A stretch of 64,000 nt of DNA from contig OY759746.1 of NCBI GenBank assembly GCA_963662795.1, positions 1,216,001 to 1,280,000 of the forward strand, given 5' to 3'. Shown here piece after piece: positions 19,642 to 28,879 of this stretch (positions are counted from its first letter, which is position 1; the number at the start of each line of letters is the position of its first letter). A program made the position numbers and the translations under genes. The notes beneath the pieces were generated by a model, which saw nothing but the letters and a program-made list of their open reading frames with translations, did not search any database and was not told the DNA's origin. This DNA is from Spirochaetia bacterium. GTDB lineage: Bacteria; Spirochaetota; Spirochaetia; CADAEX01.

Positions 19642-20288
19642 ATATACTGATAGCAGACGACCACCCCCTTATCCGAAAGGGAATTAAGCAGATATTGGCG
19701 GACAGCCCGGAAATATCAGCTGTATTTGAAGCTGACAACAGCTTTGCAGTTTTCAGGGTTCTTGAAAGCAGCAGTATTGATGTCCTGATCCTTGACATTT
19801 CACTCCCCGGCAAGGACGGGATGGAAATACTGAAAGATGTAAAGGTGTATTATCCTGACTTGCCCGTACTTATGCTCAGCATCCAGCCGGAAGACCAGTA
19901 TGCCCTCCGCGCTTTCAAATACGGGGCTTCAGGGTGCCTTAACAAGGCTTCAGCTCCGGAAGAGCTGCTTGAAGCGCTGAGGAAGGTCAAATCAGGTACA
20001 AGATATATAAATGACGCTGTCAGCGAAATACTTTTAAACGACCTGACAGGAAAAAACCCTGAAAATCCCCACTTAAACCTCTCGGAAAGGGAATTCCAGG
20101 TAATGATTATGCTTGCGGAAGGTCTTTCAATAAGTACAATTTCTGAGAAACTTTCATTAAGTATAAAAACTGTAAGCACATACCGCACGCGGCTGATGGC
20201 AAAGATGAATCTGCACACCAACGCGCAGCTTGTATTTTACGCTGTAAAGCACAATCTGCTGGGTATAAATCACAATCTTCCCCGATAG
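19638..20288 (+). CDS. NarL/UvrY-family response regulator (REC + LuxR HTH)
   Basis: ILIADDHPLIR, LDISLPGKDG, LSEREFQV...LSIKTVSTYRTR; ATGA overlap with kinase stop. Confidence 0.93.
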   Translation: MNILIADDHPLIRKGIKQILADSPEISAVFEADNSFAVFRVLESSSIDVLILDISLPGKDGMEILKDVKVYYPDLPVLMLSIQPEDQYALRAFKYGASGCLNKASAPEELLEALRKVKSGTRYINDAVSEILLNDLTGKNPENPHLNLSEREFQVMIMLAEGLSISTISEKLSLSIKTVSTYRTRLMAKMNLHTNAQLVFYAVKHNLLGINHNLPR

Positions 20289-20311
20289 AACACTGCCTGC
20301 CGCATTTCCGT

Positions 20312-20382
20312 TTTGTAGGAATTATCCTACAAAGAAAAAAAAGAAATCCCGACATACAACTTTTACCGGCATGGTTTATAAT
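20312..20382 (+). promoter_or_regulatory. Palindromic candidate operator and activator-type promoter upstream of citC
   Basis: TTTGTAGGA-ATTA-TCCTACAAA (20312-20333), second half-site TCCCGACA (20347-20354), TATAAT at 20377-20382 with a poor -35. Confidence 0.65.
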
Positions 20383-20405
20383 TTATTATGCAGGGGTTCG
20401 ATGTA

Positions 20406-21497
20406 ATGAATAGTCAGGAAAATTTCTCTACCGAATTCAGAAAAATGCTAACTCCTCCCGAAAAAAAGGACATAGAGGATTTTCTGGCCTTAAGCGGCTT
20501 GAAATTTGAGGATGATATTGAGGAAACCGCCATTGTAAGGGAAAACAGGGAGATTATTGCAACCGGCTCAATCAGCGGAAATGTCCTTAAATGCATTGCA
20601 ATAAAACCTGATATCAGGGGCTCAAATCTTGCAGGAAGCCTCATAACATCACTGATACAGAAACAGTACTACAGGGGAATATCAAATCTTTTTATCTTCA
20701 CAAAACCGGAAAACTCATCCATCTTCAGCCGGCTCGGATTTTATTTAATCTACGAAGTTGAGAACGAGGCTGTTCTGATGGAAAACAACCCGGCAGGTCT
20801 TTCCTCATTCATTGAAAAAATCATAAAAGAAACAGAGCCGGGAATTGCAGAATCAGTTTCATCTCCCCAAAACGGCCCCATGGAAACGACAAAAAAAATT
20901 TCCGCGATAGTTGTCAACTGCAATCCGTTTACAAGGGGGCACCTTTATCTTATTGAAAAGGCAGCTTCGGAAAGCGTTTTCCTTCACATATTTGTAGTTT
21001 CGGAAAACAGGTCTGTTTTCCCTTCAGAGACAAGGTTCAGTCTTGTAAAAAAGGGAACAGAACACCTGCCGAATCTTGCCGTACACAACGGGTCTGATTA
21101 CATTATTTCAAACTCTACCTTCCCGTCATATTTTATAAAAGACTCAAAGAAGATATACGACATCCACGCCAAAATGGACCTTGGAATATTCAGCGAAAAA
21201 ATAGCTCCGGCCCTGAACATAACAAGAAGATTTGCCGGCGAAGAGCCTCTTTGCCCTGTTACAGATAACTATAACCGGCTTATGGCCGAAATTCTGCCGC
21301 AAAGGGGGATTGAATTTACTGTAATAAAACGGCTGGAAGGAGGAGGAGGCCCGGTAAGCGCTTCCCGTGTGAGACAGCTTATAAAAGAAAACAGAATTGA
21401 AGAGACTGAACAGCTTCTGCCTCCCGTCACATATAATTTTTTAAAAAGTCCTGACGGGGCGGAAATAATAAAAAAAATAAGAGGAACCAAAAGGTGA
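20406..21497 (+). CDS. citC: [Citrate (pro-3S)-lyase] ligase
   Basis: GNAT-like N-terminus, VNCNPFTRGHLYL, YIISNSTFPSYF, RFAGEEP, PVSASRVR; ATG 20406 after AGGGG. Confidence 0.95.
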   Translation: MNSQENFSTEFRKMLTPPEKKDIEDFLALSGLKFEDDIEETAIVRENREIIATGSISGNVLKCIAIKPDIRGSNLAGSLITSLIQKQYYRGISNLFIFTKPENSSIFSRLGFYLIYEVENEAVLMENNPAGLSSFIEKIIKETEPGIAESVSSPQNGPMETTKKISAIVVNCNPFTRGHLYLIEKAASESVFLHIFVVSENRSVFPSETRFSLVKKGTEHLPNLAVHNGSDYIISNSTFPSYFIKDSKKIYDIHAKMDLGIFSEKIAPALNITRRFAGEEPLCPVTDNYNRLMAEILPQRGIEFTVIKRLEGGGGPVSASRVRQLIKENRIEETEQLLPPVTYNFLKSPDGAEIIKKIRGTKR

Positions 21498-21787
21498 AAA
21501 TTGTAAAAACCGGAATAGCCGGAACCCTTGAGTCAAGCGATGTACTGGTGACAGTAAGGGAAAACCCGGGGGAAGGGGTTGAAATACTTCTTCAGAGTAT
21601 TGTAGAGAGGCAGTTCGGAAGCCAGATAAAAAAAGTAGTAAAGGAAAAACTTGAAGTACTTGGCATTGATGAAGCTGTGGTACAGCTTAATGACAAAGGC
21701 GCCCTTGACTGCACAATTGAAGCCCGGCTTGCCGCAGCTGTTTACAGGGCCTGCGGGATAACATCCTACAGCTGGGAGAAAATCTGA
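21494..21787 (+). CDS. citD: Citrate lyase acyl carrier protein (gamma)
   Basis: AGTLESSD prosthetic-group Ser motif, DKGALDCTIEAR. Confidence 0.96.
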   Translation: MKIVKTGIAGTLESSDVLVTVRENPGEGVEILLQSIVERQFGSQIKKVVKEKLEVLGIDEAVVQLNDKGALDCTIEARLAAAVYRACGITSYSWEKI

Positions 21788-22683
21788 TGCAGAAACTTAG
21801 AAGAACAATGCTTTACGTACCGGGCAATAACGCCGGAATGGTAAAGGACGCGCAGATATACAGATCCGATTCAATAATGTTTGATCTTGAGGATTCCGTA
21901 AGCGTAAATGAAAAAGACGCCGCCCGATTTCTGGTGTATAAAGCGCTGTGTACCCAGGATTATGAGGGAATAGAAACTGTGGTAAGAATCAACTCACTCG
22001 ACAGCCCGCACGGAAAGGAAGACATAAAGGCTATGGTACTTGCCCGGCCGGGAGTTATAAGACTTCCGAAAACAGAAACTGCGCAGGACCTGCTTGATGT
22101 CGAAGAGCTTGTCGGGAAGGAAGAGAAAAAGCTTGGAATTGAGGCCGGCACAATAAAGCTTATGGCAGCAATTGAAACTCCAAAAGGGGTTTTAAACGCC
22201 TATGCAATCGCAGTTTCAAGCAGCCGTCTTATAGGGATCGCGCTTGGAGCAGAGGATTATGTTACAAGCATGAAAACAAGGCGCTACGATGACGGGACGG
22301 AACTTCTTTTCGCAAGGAGCATGATAGTAAACGCTGCCCGGGCGGCAGGAATATACGCACTTGATACCGTTTATACAGACCTTAACAATGAGGAAGGCTT
22401 TATAAGGGAAGTGAGCCTGATAAAGCAGCTCGGCTTTGACGGCAAGTCAATAATCAGTCCCCGTCAGATAGATCCTGTAAACAGGATATTCGCCCCTGCA
22501 CGGGAAGAACTGGAACACGCGCTGCAGGTTGTTGATGGAATAAAAGAGGCAGAGGCTAAATCATCCGGAGTAATAGCTGTCAACGGAAAAATGGTTGACA
22601 AACCCATTGTCGAGCGGGCGGAAAGAATAATTGAACTTGCAAAAGCCTCAGGAATGACTGTTCCTGCAAGCAGGGAGGAATAA
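21787..22683 (+). CDS. citE: Citrate lyase beta subunit (citryl-ACP lyase)
   Basis: RRTMLYVPG, FDLEDSV, ALGAEDY, GFDGKS, NGKMVDKP. Confidence 0.96.
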   Translation: MQKLRRTMLYVPGNNAGMVKDAQIYRSDSIMFDLEDSVSVNEKDAARFLVYKALCTQDYEGIETVVRINSLDSPHGKEDIKAMVLARPGVIRLPKTETAQDLLDVEELVGKEEKKLGIEAGTIKLMAAIETPKGVLNAYAIAVSSSRLIGIALGAEDYVTSMKTRRYDDGTELLFARSMIVNAARAAGIYALDTVYTDLNNEEGFIREVSLIKQLGFDGKSIISPRQIDPVNRIFAPAREELEHALQVVDGIKEAEAKSSGVIAVNGKMVDKPIVERAERIIELAKASGMTVPASREE

Positions 22684-24222
22684 GTGACAGAAAACACGCT
22701 TGGAAGAAAAATACCTGAAAAGGTTGATAACATAGGAATACTTACTCCCTTCAGGGGAGCTTATGAATATACACCTTTAGTAAAGAAAGACAAGGGGAAC
22801 AGGCAGCTTCCCAAATTGAATAAGCTTGTTGATACAATTGAACAGGTTATAATAAAAACCGCTCTTAAGGACGGCATGACAATATCTTTTCATCACCACT
22901 TCAGAAGCGGCGACAGAATAGTAAACATGGTTATGGACGTTATTGCCAATATGGGGATAAAAGATATCACGATTGCGGCAAGCTCGCTCTCCGATGTGCA
23001 CGCTCCGCTTGTAAAACATATAAAAAATAAAGTCATAAAAAGGATAATAACTTCAGGACTGCGGGGAGAACTTGCAGAGGCAGTCTCAAACGGAATCATG
23101 GAAACACCGGTACTTATCCATTCCCACGGCGGAAGGGCCAGGGCGATAGAGTCAGGTCAGATTGTGATAGATGTGGCATTTCTCGGAGTACCCTCATGCG
23201 ACGTATACGGGAACGCAAACGGCTATACCGGCAAATCCGCATGCGGATCATTGGGGTATGCAATGGTCGACGCAGGGTTTGCGAAAAAAGTGGTCCTCAT
23301 AACAGACAACATTGTCGAGTACCCCAATACCCCGTTCTCGATCCATCAGGATATGGTTGATTACATTGTAGCTGTTGATTCGGTGGGGGATCCCAAAGGC
23401 ATTACGACAGGTGCGACAAGGATAACAAAAAACCCGCGCGACCTTCTCCTTGCAAAGCTTGTATCGGAAGTTGTGGTCAACTCAGGATATTTCGAAAACG
23501 GATTTTCGCTCCAGACAGGTTCCGGCGGAGCTTCCGTTGCCGTAACAAGGTTCCTGCGGGAATATATGGAAGAGAGAAATGTTAGAGCAAGATGGGCACT
23601 TGGAGGTATTTCAGGCCCGATGGTAAAGCTGCACGAGGACGGATTTATAGGAAGGCTCCTTGATGTGCAGAGCTTTGACGGAGAGGCGATAAGGTCGATA
23701 GGTGAAAACCGCTATCACACGGAAATTGACGCTTCCTATTATGCCAATCCCCTTAACAAGGGGTGCGCTGTCAACAAGCTCAACGTTGTAATATTAAGCG
23801 CTCTTGAGATAGACAAGGACTTTAATGTTAATGTAATAACAGGCTCCGACGGAATAATCAGGGGAGCATCAGGAGGTCACTCTGATACTGCCGTAGGTTC
23901 AGGCCTTTCCATAATAGTAGCCCCTTTAGTGCGGGGAAGAACTGCCACTGTAATTGACAGCGTCCAGACCGTTATCACTCCCGGCTCCACAGTCGATGTG
24001 CTTGTCACAGACAGGGGGATAGCTGTAAACCCCAGGCGCCCTGAAATCATGGAAAGGCTTAAGAGCTGCAAGCTTCCCGTTTATTCAATTGATGAGCTTA
24101 AAAACAAGGCGGAAAAAATAGTCGGACGGCCTGAGCAGATACAATTTGAGAAAAAGATTGTCGCCCTTGTCGAATACAGGGACGGCACTATTATCGATAC
24201 GATAAGACAGATTAAAAATTAA
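22684..24222 (+). CDS. citF: Citrate lyase alpha subunit (citrate:acetyl-ACP transferase)
   Basis: ISFHHHFRSGD, HSHGGRARAIE, QTGSGGAS, GASGGHSDTA, EYRDGTIID. Confidence 0.96.
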   Translation: MTENTLGRKIPEKVDNIGILTPFRGAYEYTPLVKKDKGNRQLPKLNKLVDTIEQVIIKTALKDGMTISFHHHFRSGDRIVNMVMDVIANMGIKDITIAASSLSDVHAPLVKHIKNKVIKRIITSGLRGELAEAVSNGIMETPVLIHSHGGRARAIESGQIVIDVAFLGVPSCDVYGNANGYTGKSACGSLGYAMVDAGFAKKVVLITDNIVEYPNTPFSIHQDMVDYIVAVDSVGDPKGITTGATRITKNPRDLLLAKLVSEVVVNSGYFENGFSLQTGSGGASVAVTRFLREYMEERNVRARWALGGISGPMVKLHEDGFIGRLLDVQSFDGEAIRSIGENRYHTEIDASYYANPLNKGCAVNKLNVVILSALEIDKDFNVNVITGSDGIIRGASGGHSDTAVGSGLSIIVAPLVRGRTATVIDSVQTVITPGSTVDVLVTDRGIAVNPRRPEIMERLKSCKLPVYSIDELKNKAEKIVGRPEQIQFEKKIVALVEYRDGTIIDTIRQIKN

Positions 24223-24293
24223 AAAACTTCCGTCTCTTTTACAGGAAGGGCCCGTCCGGTAACTGGGAAGGAATAAAAATTTAGGAGTATTTT

Positions 24294-25313
24294 ATGAAAA
24301 GAAATTTCAAAACAGCACTTATCCTGCTGACAGCGCTTATGGTTCTGTCGGTTTCAGGAACATTGTTTGCAGGCGGAACAAAAGAGGAAGCAAAGGAAGC
24401 TTCATATCCGAGAGGAAATTTTGACTTTGTCGCTCCGGCAGGGGCAGGCGGCGGATGGGATCTTACCATCAGAACAACAGCAAAAGTTCTTAAAGACACA
24501 GGACTTGTGAAAGTTCCAATGCCTGTAAGAAATAACCCGGGAGCAGGCGGGGCAGTAAACCTTGCAAGCCTTCAGGAACTTAAGGGTAAGGATAATACTA
24601 TTACAGTTTATTCGCCTCCCCTTATTCTCATAAATCTCAACGGAACAACAGAGCTTGGATATAAAAATGTAACACCGCTCTCAAGGCTTATCGCTGATTA
24701 TGCTGCCTATGTTGTAGCAGCAGACTCACCCTACAAGACAATGAACGATGTAATGGCAGCCTTAAAGAAAGACATTAAGAGCGTTAAAATCGGCGGTATA
24801 TCAGCTGCAGGATCTATGGACCACATCCAGTTCCTGATCATGGCTAAAGCTGCCGGCGTCAAGAACCTTAACCAGATCGACTATGTAAGTTTTGATGATT
24901 CAGCCGTAGCCCAGGTACTTGGCGGTCATATTGACCTTTTCTCAACAGGCCTTTCAGAAGTTCAGGGGCTTATTGAAAGCAAAGACTTAAGGGCCCTTGC
25001 CCAGTCTGCGGACCACAGGGTAGGCGAAGGTATTATCAAGGAAATCCCGACATGCAAGGAACAGGGAATTGATGCAACTTTTGTTAACTGGAGAGGACTC
25101 TTCGGACCTCCCGAAATGCCGGAGTACGCTGTAAAATACTGGAGAGAGACACTTGCAAAAATGGTGAAAACACCTGAGTGGGCAGCTGCAAAAAAGACAA
25201 ACGGATGGGACGATGCCTATCTTGACGCGCCTGATTTTGCAGAATTCCTTGTTCAGGTAAACGAAGACTATAAAGTAGTTCTTTCAGAAATTGGAATGCT
25301 TAAAGCAAAATAG
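24294..25313 (+). CDS. tctC: Tripartite tricarboxylate transporter substrate-binding protein
   Basis: APAGAGGGWDLTIR, NNPGAGG, SAAGSMDH, NWRGLFGPP. Confidence 0.93.
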   Translation: MKRNFKTALILLTALMVLSVSGTLFAGGTKEEAKEASYPRGNFDFVAPAGAGGGWDLTIRTTAKVLKDTGLVKVPMPVRNNPGAGGAVNLASLQELKGKDNTITVYSPPLILINLNGTTELGYKNVTPLSRLIADYAAYVVAADSPYKTMNDVMAALKKDIKSVKIGGISAAGSMDHIQFLIMAKAAGVKNLNQIDYVSFDDSAVAQVLGGHIDLFSTGLSEVQGLIESKDLRALAQSADHRVGEGIIKEIPTCKEQGIDATFVNWRGLFGPPEMPEYAVKYWRETLAKMVKTPEWAAAKKTNGWDDAYLDAPDFAEFLVQVNEDYKVVLSEIGMLKAK

Positions 25314-25330
25314 CATTTAACAGCTTTTCA

Positions 25331-25379
25331 AATAATGCCGGACATACTGCGCTAGTGCAAATTCCGGCATTATTTTTTT
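25331..25379 (+). terminator. Hairpin with T-tract after tctC
   Basis: AATAATGCCGGA...TCCGGCATTATT 12-bp stem followed by T-run. Confidence 0.7.
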
Positions 25380-25395
25380 AAAAAAGGAGGTCCAA

Positions 25396-25875
25396 TTGAA
25401 TATTTCATTGCTGACAGGAATAATAACACTTGTACTTGCAACAGCTTATACAGGAGCATCCGTACTTCTGCCGGCCGCAGCCATAGGAAGACCGGATGAA
25501 CCTAAAATTTTCCCTACTGCACTTGGCATCATTCTTATTATTCTTTCGCTTCTTCTTATTGTGCAGCAAATACGGAAAACTCTAAAGGAACCGGCTAAAA
25601 ACAAAAAAATTAATTTCACGCTGAAGCCTGATGAATATGTACAAAAAATATTGATTACAGCCCTTAACGGAATTGTTTATGCATTTCTGTTCGCAAAGGC
25701 AGGATATGTTATTTCAACATTTATTTTTATCTGCCTGGAGCTCCTTCTCTTCAGCGGGATAAAAAAAATAAAGATGTGTGCAACAGTCGCAATTCTATTC
25801 AGTCTGTTCATTTACATATTGTTCAGTAAGGTTCTGGGTGTATATCTCCCGGTTACCCCATTCATATGGATTTAG
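25396..25875 (+). CDS. tctB: Tripartite tricarboxylate transporter small membrane subunit
   Basis: PKIFP motif, 4-5 TM segments, GYVIST, LF..VLGVYLP; lies between tctC and tctA. Confidence 0.9.
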   Translation: MNISLLTGIITLVLATAYTGASVLLPAAAIGRPDEPKIFPTALGIILIILSLLLIVQQIRKTLKEPAKNKKINFTLKPDEYVQKILITALNGIVYAFLFAKAGYVISTFIFICLELLLFSGIKKIKMCATVAILFSLFIYILFSKVLGVYLPVTPFIWI

Positions 25876-25885
25876 GAGATTTAAA

Positions 25886-27391
25886 ATGGAAAGTATAACT
25901 CTTTTATTACAGGGATTTTCAGTAGCTCTCCAGCCGATGAATATCATGTGGGTCACAATCGGAGGTATTCTTGGAACAGTTATTGGAATGCTTCCAGGTC
26001 TTGGACCTGCAACCGGTGTGGCAGTCCTTCTTCCGCTTACATTTACAATGGGTCCTGTTGCGGCCCTGATTACAATGGGCGGTGTTTATTACGGAGCCAT
26101 GTACGGAGGATCCCGTGCCTCCATCCTTATTAACACACCCGGAGACGGCGCAGCGCTTGCCGCGACTTTTGACGGATACCCGATGACTCTTCAGGGCAGG
26201 GCAGAACAGGCGCTCGCGATTTCAGCCATTGCCTCATTTATCGGAGGTGTTCTCGCGACAATAGTTATGGTATTTGTATCAATGCCTGTCGCACGCTTTG
26301 CCGTAAAGTTCGGACCGGCTGAGTACTTCCTGCTCTTCGTTTTTGCACTGGCAGCTACAGCTTCCATGACTGAGGGGAACAGAATAAAGGGATTTATATC
26401 AATGATACTCGGTCTTATGATAGCCACGATCGGAATTGACGCACAGTCAGGTGTACAGAGATTTACTTTCGGCGTGCTTGAGCTTCAGGGAGGAATCGAT
26501 TTCCTTGTAATCATTATTGCAATATTCGCTCTGGGAGAAGTTTTTAAAAGCTTTAAAAACATAGCAGAGGGAAAGAAAAAAATGCAGACGAGTTTCGGAA
26601 AAATATGGATAAGCATGGCAGAATGGAAGCGCTGTATATGGCCGATCCTGCGAAGTTCCCCTATAGGATTTTTCGTAGGAGCACTCCCGGGAGCCGGCGG
26701 AACCATGGCTTCGCTGATGGCATACAACAACGAAAAACAGCTATCCGGAAATCCCAAAGAATTCGGAGAAGGCGCAATTGAGGGCGTGGCATCACCTGAA
26801 GCGGCAAATAACGCAGCATCTGTCGGGGCCATGATCCCGATGCTTACTCTCGGAATTCCGGGGTCCGGCACAACAGCTGTTATGATGGGAGCGCTGCTCA
26901 TGCTCGGTCTTCAGCCGGGTCCGCTCCTTTTCAGTCAGCAGCCGCTGATAATCTGGGGTCTTATCGCCAGCATGTTTATTGGAAATATTATACTTGCTGT
27001 AGTAAATATTCCCCTTGCCGGACTGCTTGTCCGTGTTCTTTCGGTCCCTCCCAAGATTCTCTACCCGATAGTTCTGGGGCTTTCTTTTGTCGGCGCATAT
27101 GCAATCAGCAACAGCGTTATGGATTTTTATCTGCTTATTGTTTTCGGCCTGCTTGGGTTTATCATGAGCATCGCAGGAATACCGGCCTCTCCCCTGATAC
27201 TTGCTGTAATAGTCGGAAACAACATGGAACAGTCCTTCAGACGGGCTTACAAGATTTCAAACGGAGAATTATCAATATTTGTAAAATCACCGATAAGCAT
27301 AACTTTGATAATTCTGACACTGATTTCAATCCTTTACCCGATTATAAAAGCTTATATTGTAACCAAAAAGAAAAAATTGAAAACCGCATAG
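25886..27391 (+). CDS. tctA: Tripartite tricarboxylate transporter large membrane subunit
   Basis: GMLPGLGPA, YYGAMYGGS, INTPGD, PEAANNA, LTLGIPGS; ATG 25886 after GGAG. Confidence 0.95.
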   Translation: MESITLLLQGFSVALQPMNIMWVTIGGILGTVIGMLPGLGPATGVAVLLPLTFTMGPVAALITMGGVYYGAMYGGSRASILINTPGDGAALAATFDGYPMTLQGRAEQALAISAIASFIGGVLATIVMVFVSMPVARFAVKFGPAEYFLLFVFALAATASMTEGNRIKGFISMILGLMIATIGIDAQSGVQRFTFGVLELQGGIDFLVIIIAIFALGEVFKSFKNIAEGKKKMQTSFGKIWISMAEWKRCIWPILRSSPIGFFVGALPGAGGTMASLMAYNNEKQLSGNPKEFGEGAIEGVASPEAANNAASVGAMIPMLTLGIPGSGTTAVMMGALLMLGLQPGPLLFSQQPLIIWGLIASMFIGNIILAVVNIPLAGLLVRVLSVPPKILYPIVLGLSFVGAYAISNSVMDFYLLIVFGLLGFIMSIAGIPASPLILAVIVGNNMEQSFRRAYKISNGELSIFVKSPISITLIILTLISILYPIIKAYIVTKKKKLKTA

Positions 27392-27402
27392 GAATCAGGA
27401 AG

Positions 27403-27431
27403 TGCCCTGTACTTTTACAGGGCATTTTTTT
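27403..27431 (+). terminator. Rho-independent terminator after tctA
   Basis: TGCCCTGTA-CTTT-TACAGGGCA then T7. Confidence 0.8.
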
Positions 27432-27454
27432 ATAGTTCTGAAGGAGGATTTTAA

Positions 27455-28879
27455 ATGCCGGATTGTATTTCTGTTGAGGAAATAGGAAAAGCAAGGGAAG
27501 AACGCTCGAAAAAAATAAAATCAATATTATCATCTGATGAAAACATACTGGCAATTCTTTATACCCTCAATATTCCAGGCAGAATCAAGGACACCCCGCT
27601 TTACAGAAAAATGCACAAGGCAGGAACTTCAGAAATTATTAAATGTCTTAAATGGAATAAAATCAGGTTTTCCATTATCAAAACTGCCCATCTGTTTACA
27701 GGGTCTGAAACGTTCTTCGCAATTCACTCTACAGGCGGAAACGGCAGAGTGGATCCGGTTGCTGTAAAAAAAATAACAGCGGCGATTGAAGAGACCCACC
27801 CTCTGGGGAGATTTTTTGATATAGATGTTTTTGAAAAACCTCACAATAAGGTTTCATCAGGCAGGGGCCTGAGAAAATGTTTCTTATGCGGCAGGGATGC
27901 ATTCATCTGTTCAAGAAGCGCTTCTCACCCTGTTGAGCAGCTCATAGAAACAGTAAGGCAGAAAGGGGAAGATTGGTACAGGGAATATATTTCATGGAAA
28001 ATTGCGGAGATTGCATGTAAATCCCTCCTGACTGAAGCCGCTTCCACGCCTAAACCAGGACTTGTCGATATGTCAGGCAGCGGCTCCCATACTGATATGG
28101 ATTTTTATACATTTATAAAAAGTTCCGCATCGCTCTATAAAACTTTTTTTAAAATCGCGCAGACTGGATATGATTATTCAGACAGGACTCTCCCCGAAAT
28201 GCTCCCCTCTCTTCAGATAATCGGAATCGCAGGTGAAAAAGAGATGTATGAGGCAACAGACGGTGTTAACACCCATAAAGGACTGATTTATTCAATGGGA
28301 CTGCTTTCCGCCGCATCCGGTTATCTCTGCGCAAAACACAAAGAGAAAATAACTGCGGAAAAAATATGTTCTTCAGCAGGTGTCATTATTGCAGGTCATA
28401 CAGCAGATTATCTTGCTGAATTGGGGAAAAAAGGGGAAGGGACAAATCCTACAGCAGGAGAAAAATTATTTATCAGGCATGGAATAAAAGGGGCCCGGGG
28501 GGAAGCCGCAGGCGGATTTAAATCCGCCTTAAAAGCCTTAAGGCGTCTGGAAGCAAATCTTGCAGATGGAAAGGATTTCAACCTCTCTCTGCTGGATACA
28601 CTGATGCATATCATGGAAGACGCACAGGATACCAATATTCCGGGGAGAAAGGATATTTCGTACCTGAGGTTTATAAACAGGGAAGCCGAAAAATTCAACA
28701 AAGAGGGGGGAGTATTCTCGGCAAACGGATTTGACGGTCCGGCTGCCCTTAAAGAGCTGGATAGATTATTTATCGAAAAAAATTTAAGCCCCGGAGGATG
28801 TGCCGATATTCTTGCATTGTCAATTTTTCTATATTATATTGAGCGCGATCTGGATCCGGTCATTTCTTCAGATTATTGA
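27455..28879 (+). CDS. citXG: Fused holo-ACP synthase CitX / triphosphoribosyl-dephospho-CoA synthase CitG
   Basis: N-terminal LNIPGRIK...EETHPLGRFFDIDV...RKCFLC (CitX); C-terminal TPKPGLVD..GSHTDMD, GVNTHKG, GARGEA, NLSPGGCADIL (CitG). Confidence 0.93.
   Translation: MPDCISVEEIGKAREERSKKIKSILSSDENILAILYTLNIPGRIKDTPLYRKMHKAGTSEIIKCLKWNKIRFSIIKTAHLFTGSETFFAIHSTGGNGRVDPVAVKKITAAIEETHPLGRFFDIDVFEKPHNKVSSGRGLRKCFLCGRDAFICSRSASHPVEQLIETVRQKGEDWYREYISWKIAEIACKSLLTEAASTPKPGLVDMSGSGSHTDMDFYTFIKSSASLYKTFFKIAQTGYDYSDRTLPEMLPSLQIIGIAGEKEMYEATDGVNTHKGLIYSMGLLSAASGYLCAKHKEKITAEKICSSAGVIIAGHTADYLAELGKKGEGTNPTAGEKLFIRHGIKGARGEAAGGFKSALKALRRLEANLADGKDFNLSLLDTLMHIMEDAQDTNIPGRKDISYLRFINREAEKFNKEGGVFSANGFDGPAALKELDRLFIEKNLSPGGCADILALSIFLYYIERDLDPVISSDY

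Noticed and set aside
20312-20333. Palindrome as an intrinsic terminator
   Set aside because: No T-tract follows it on either strand; an operator fits better
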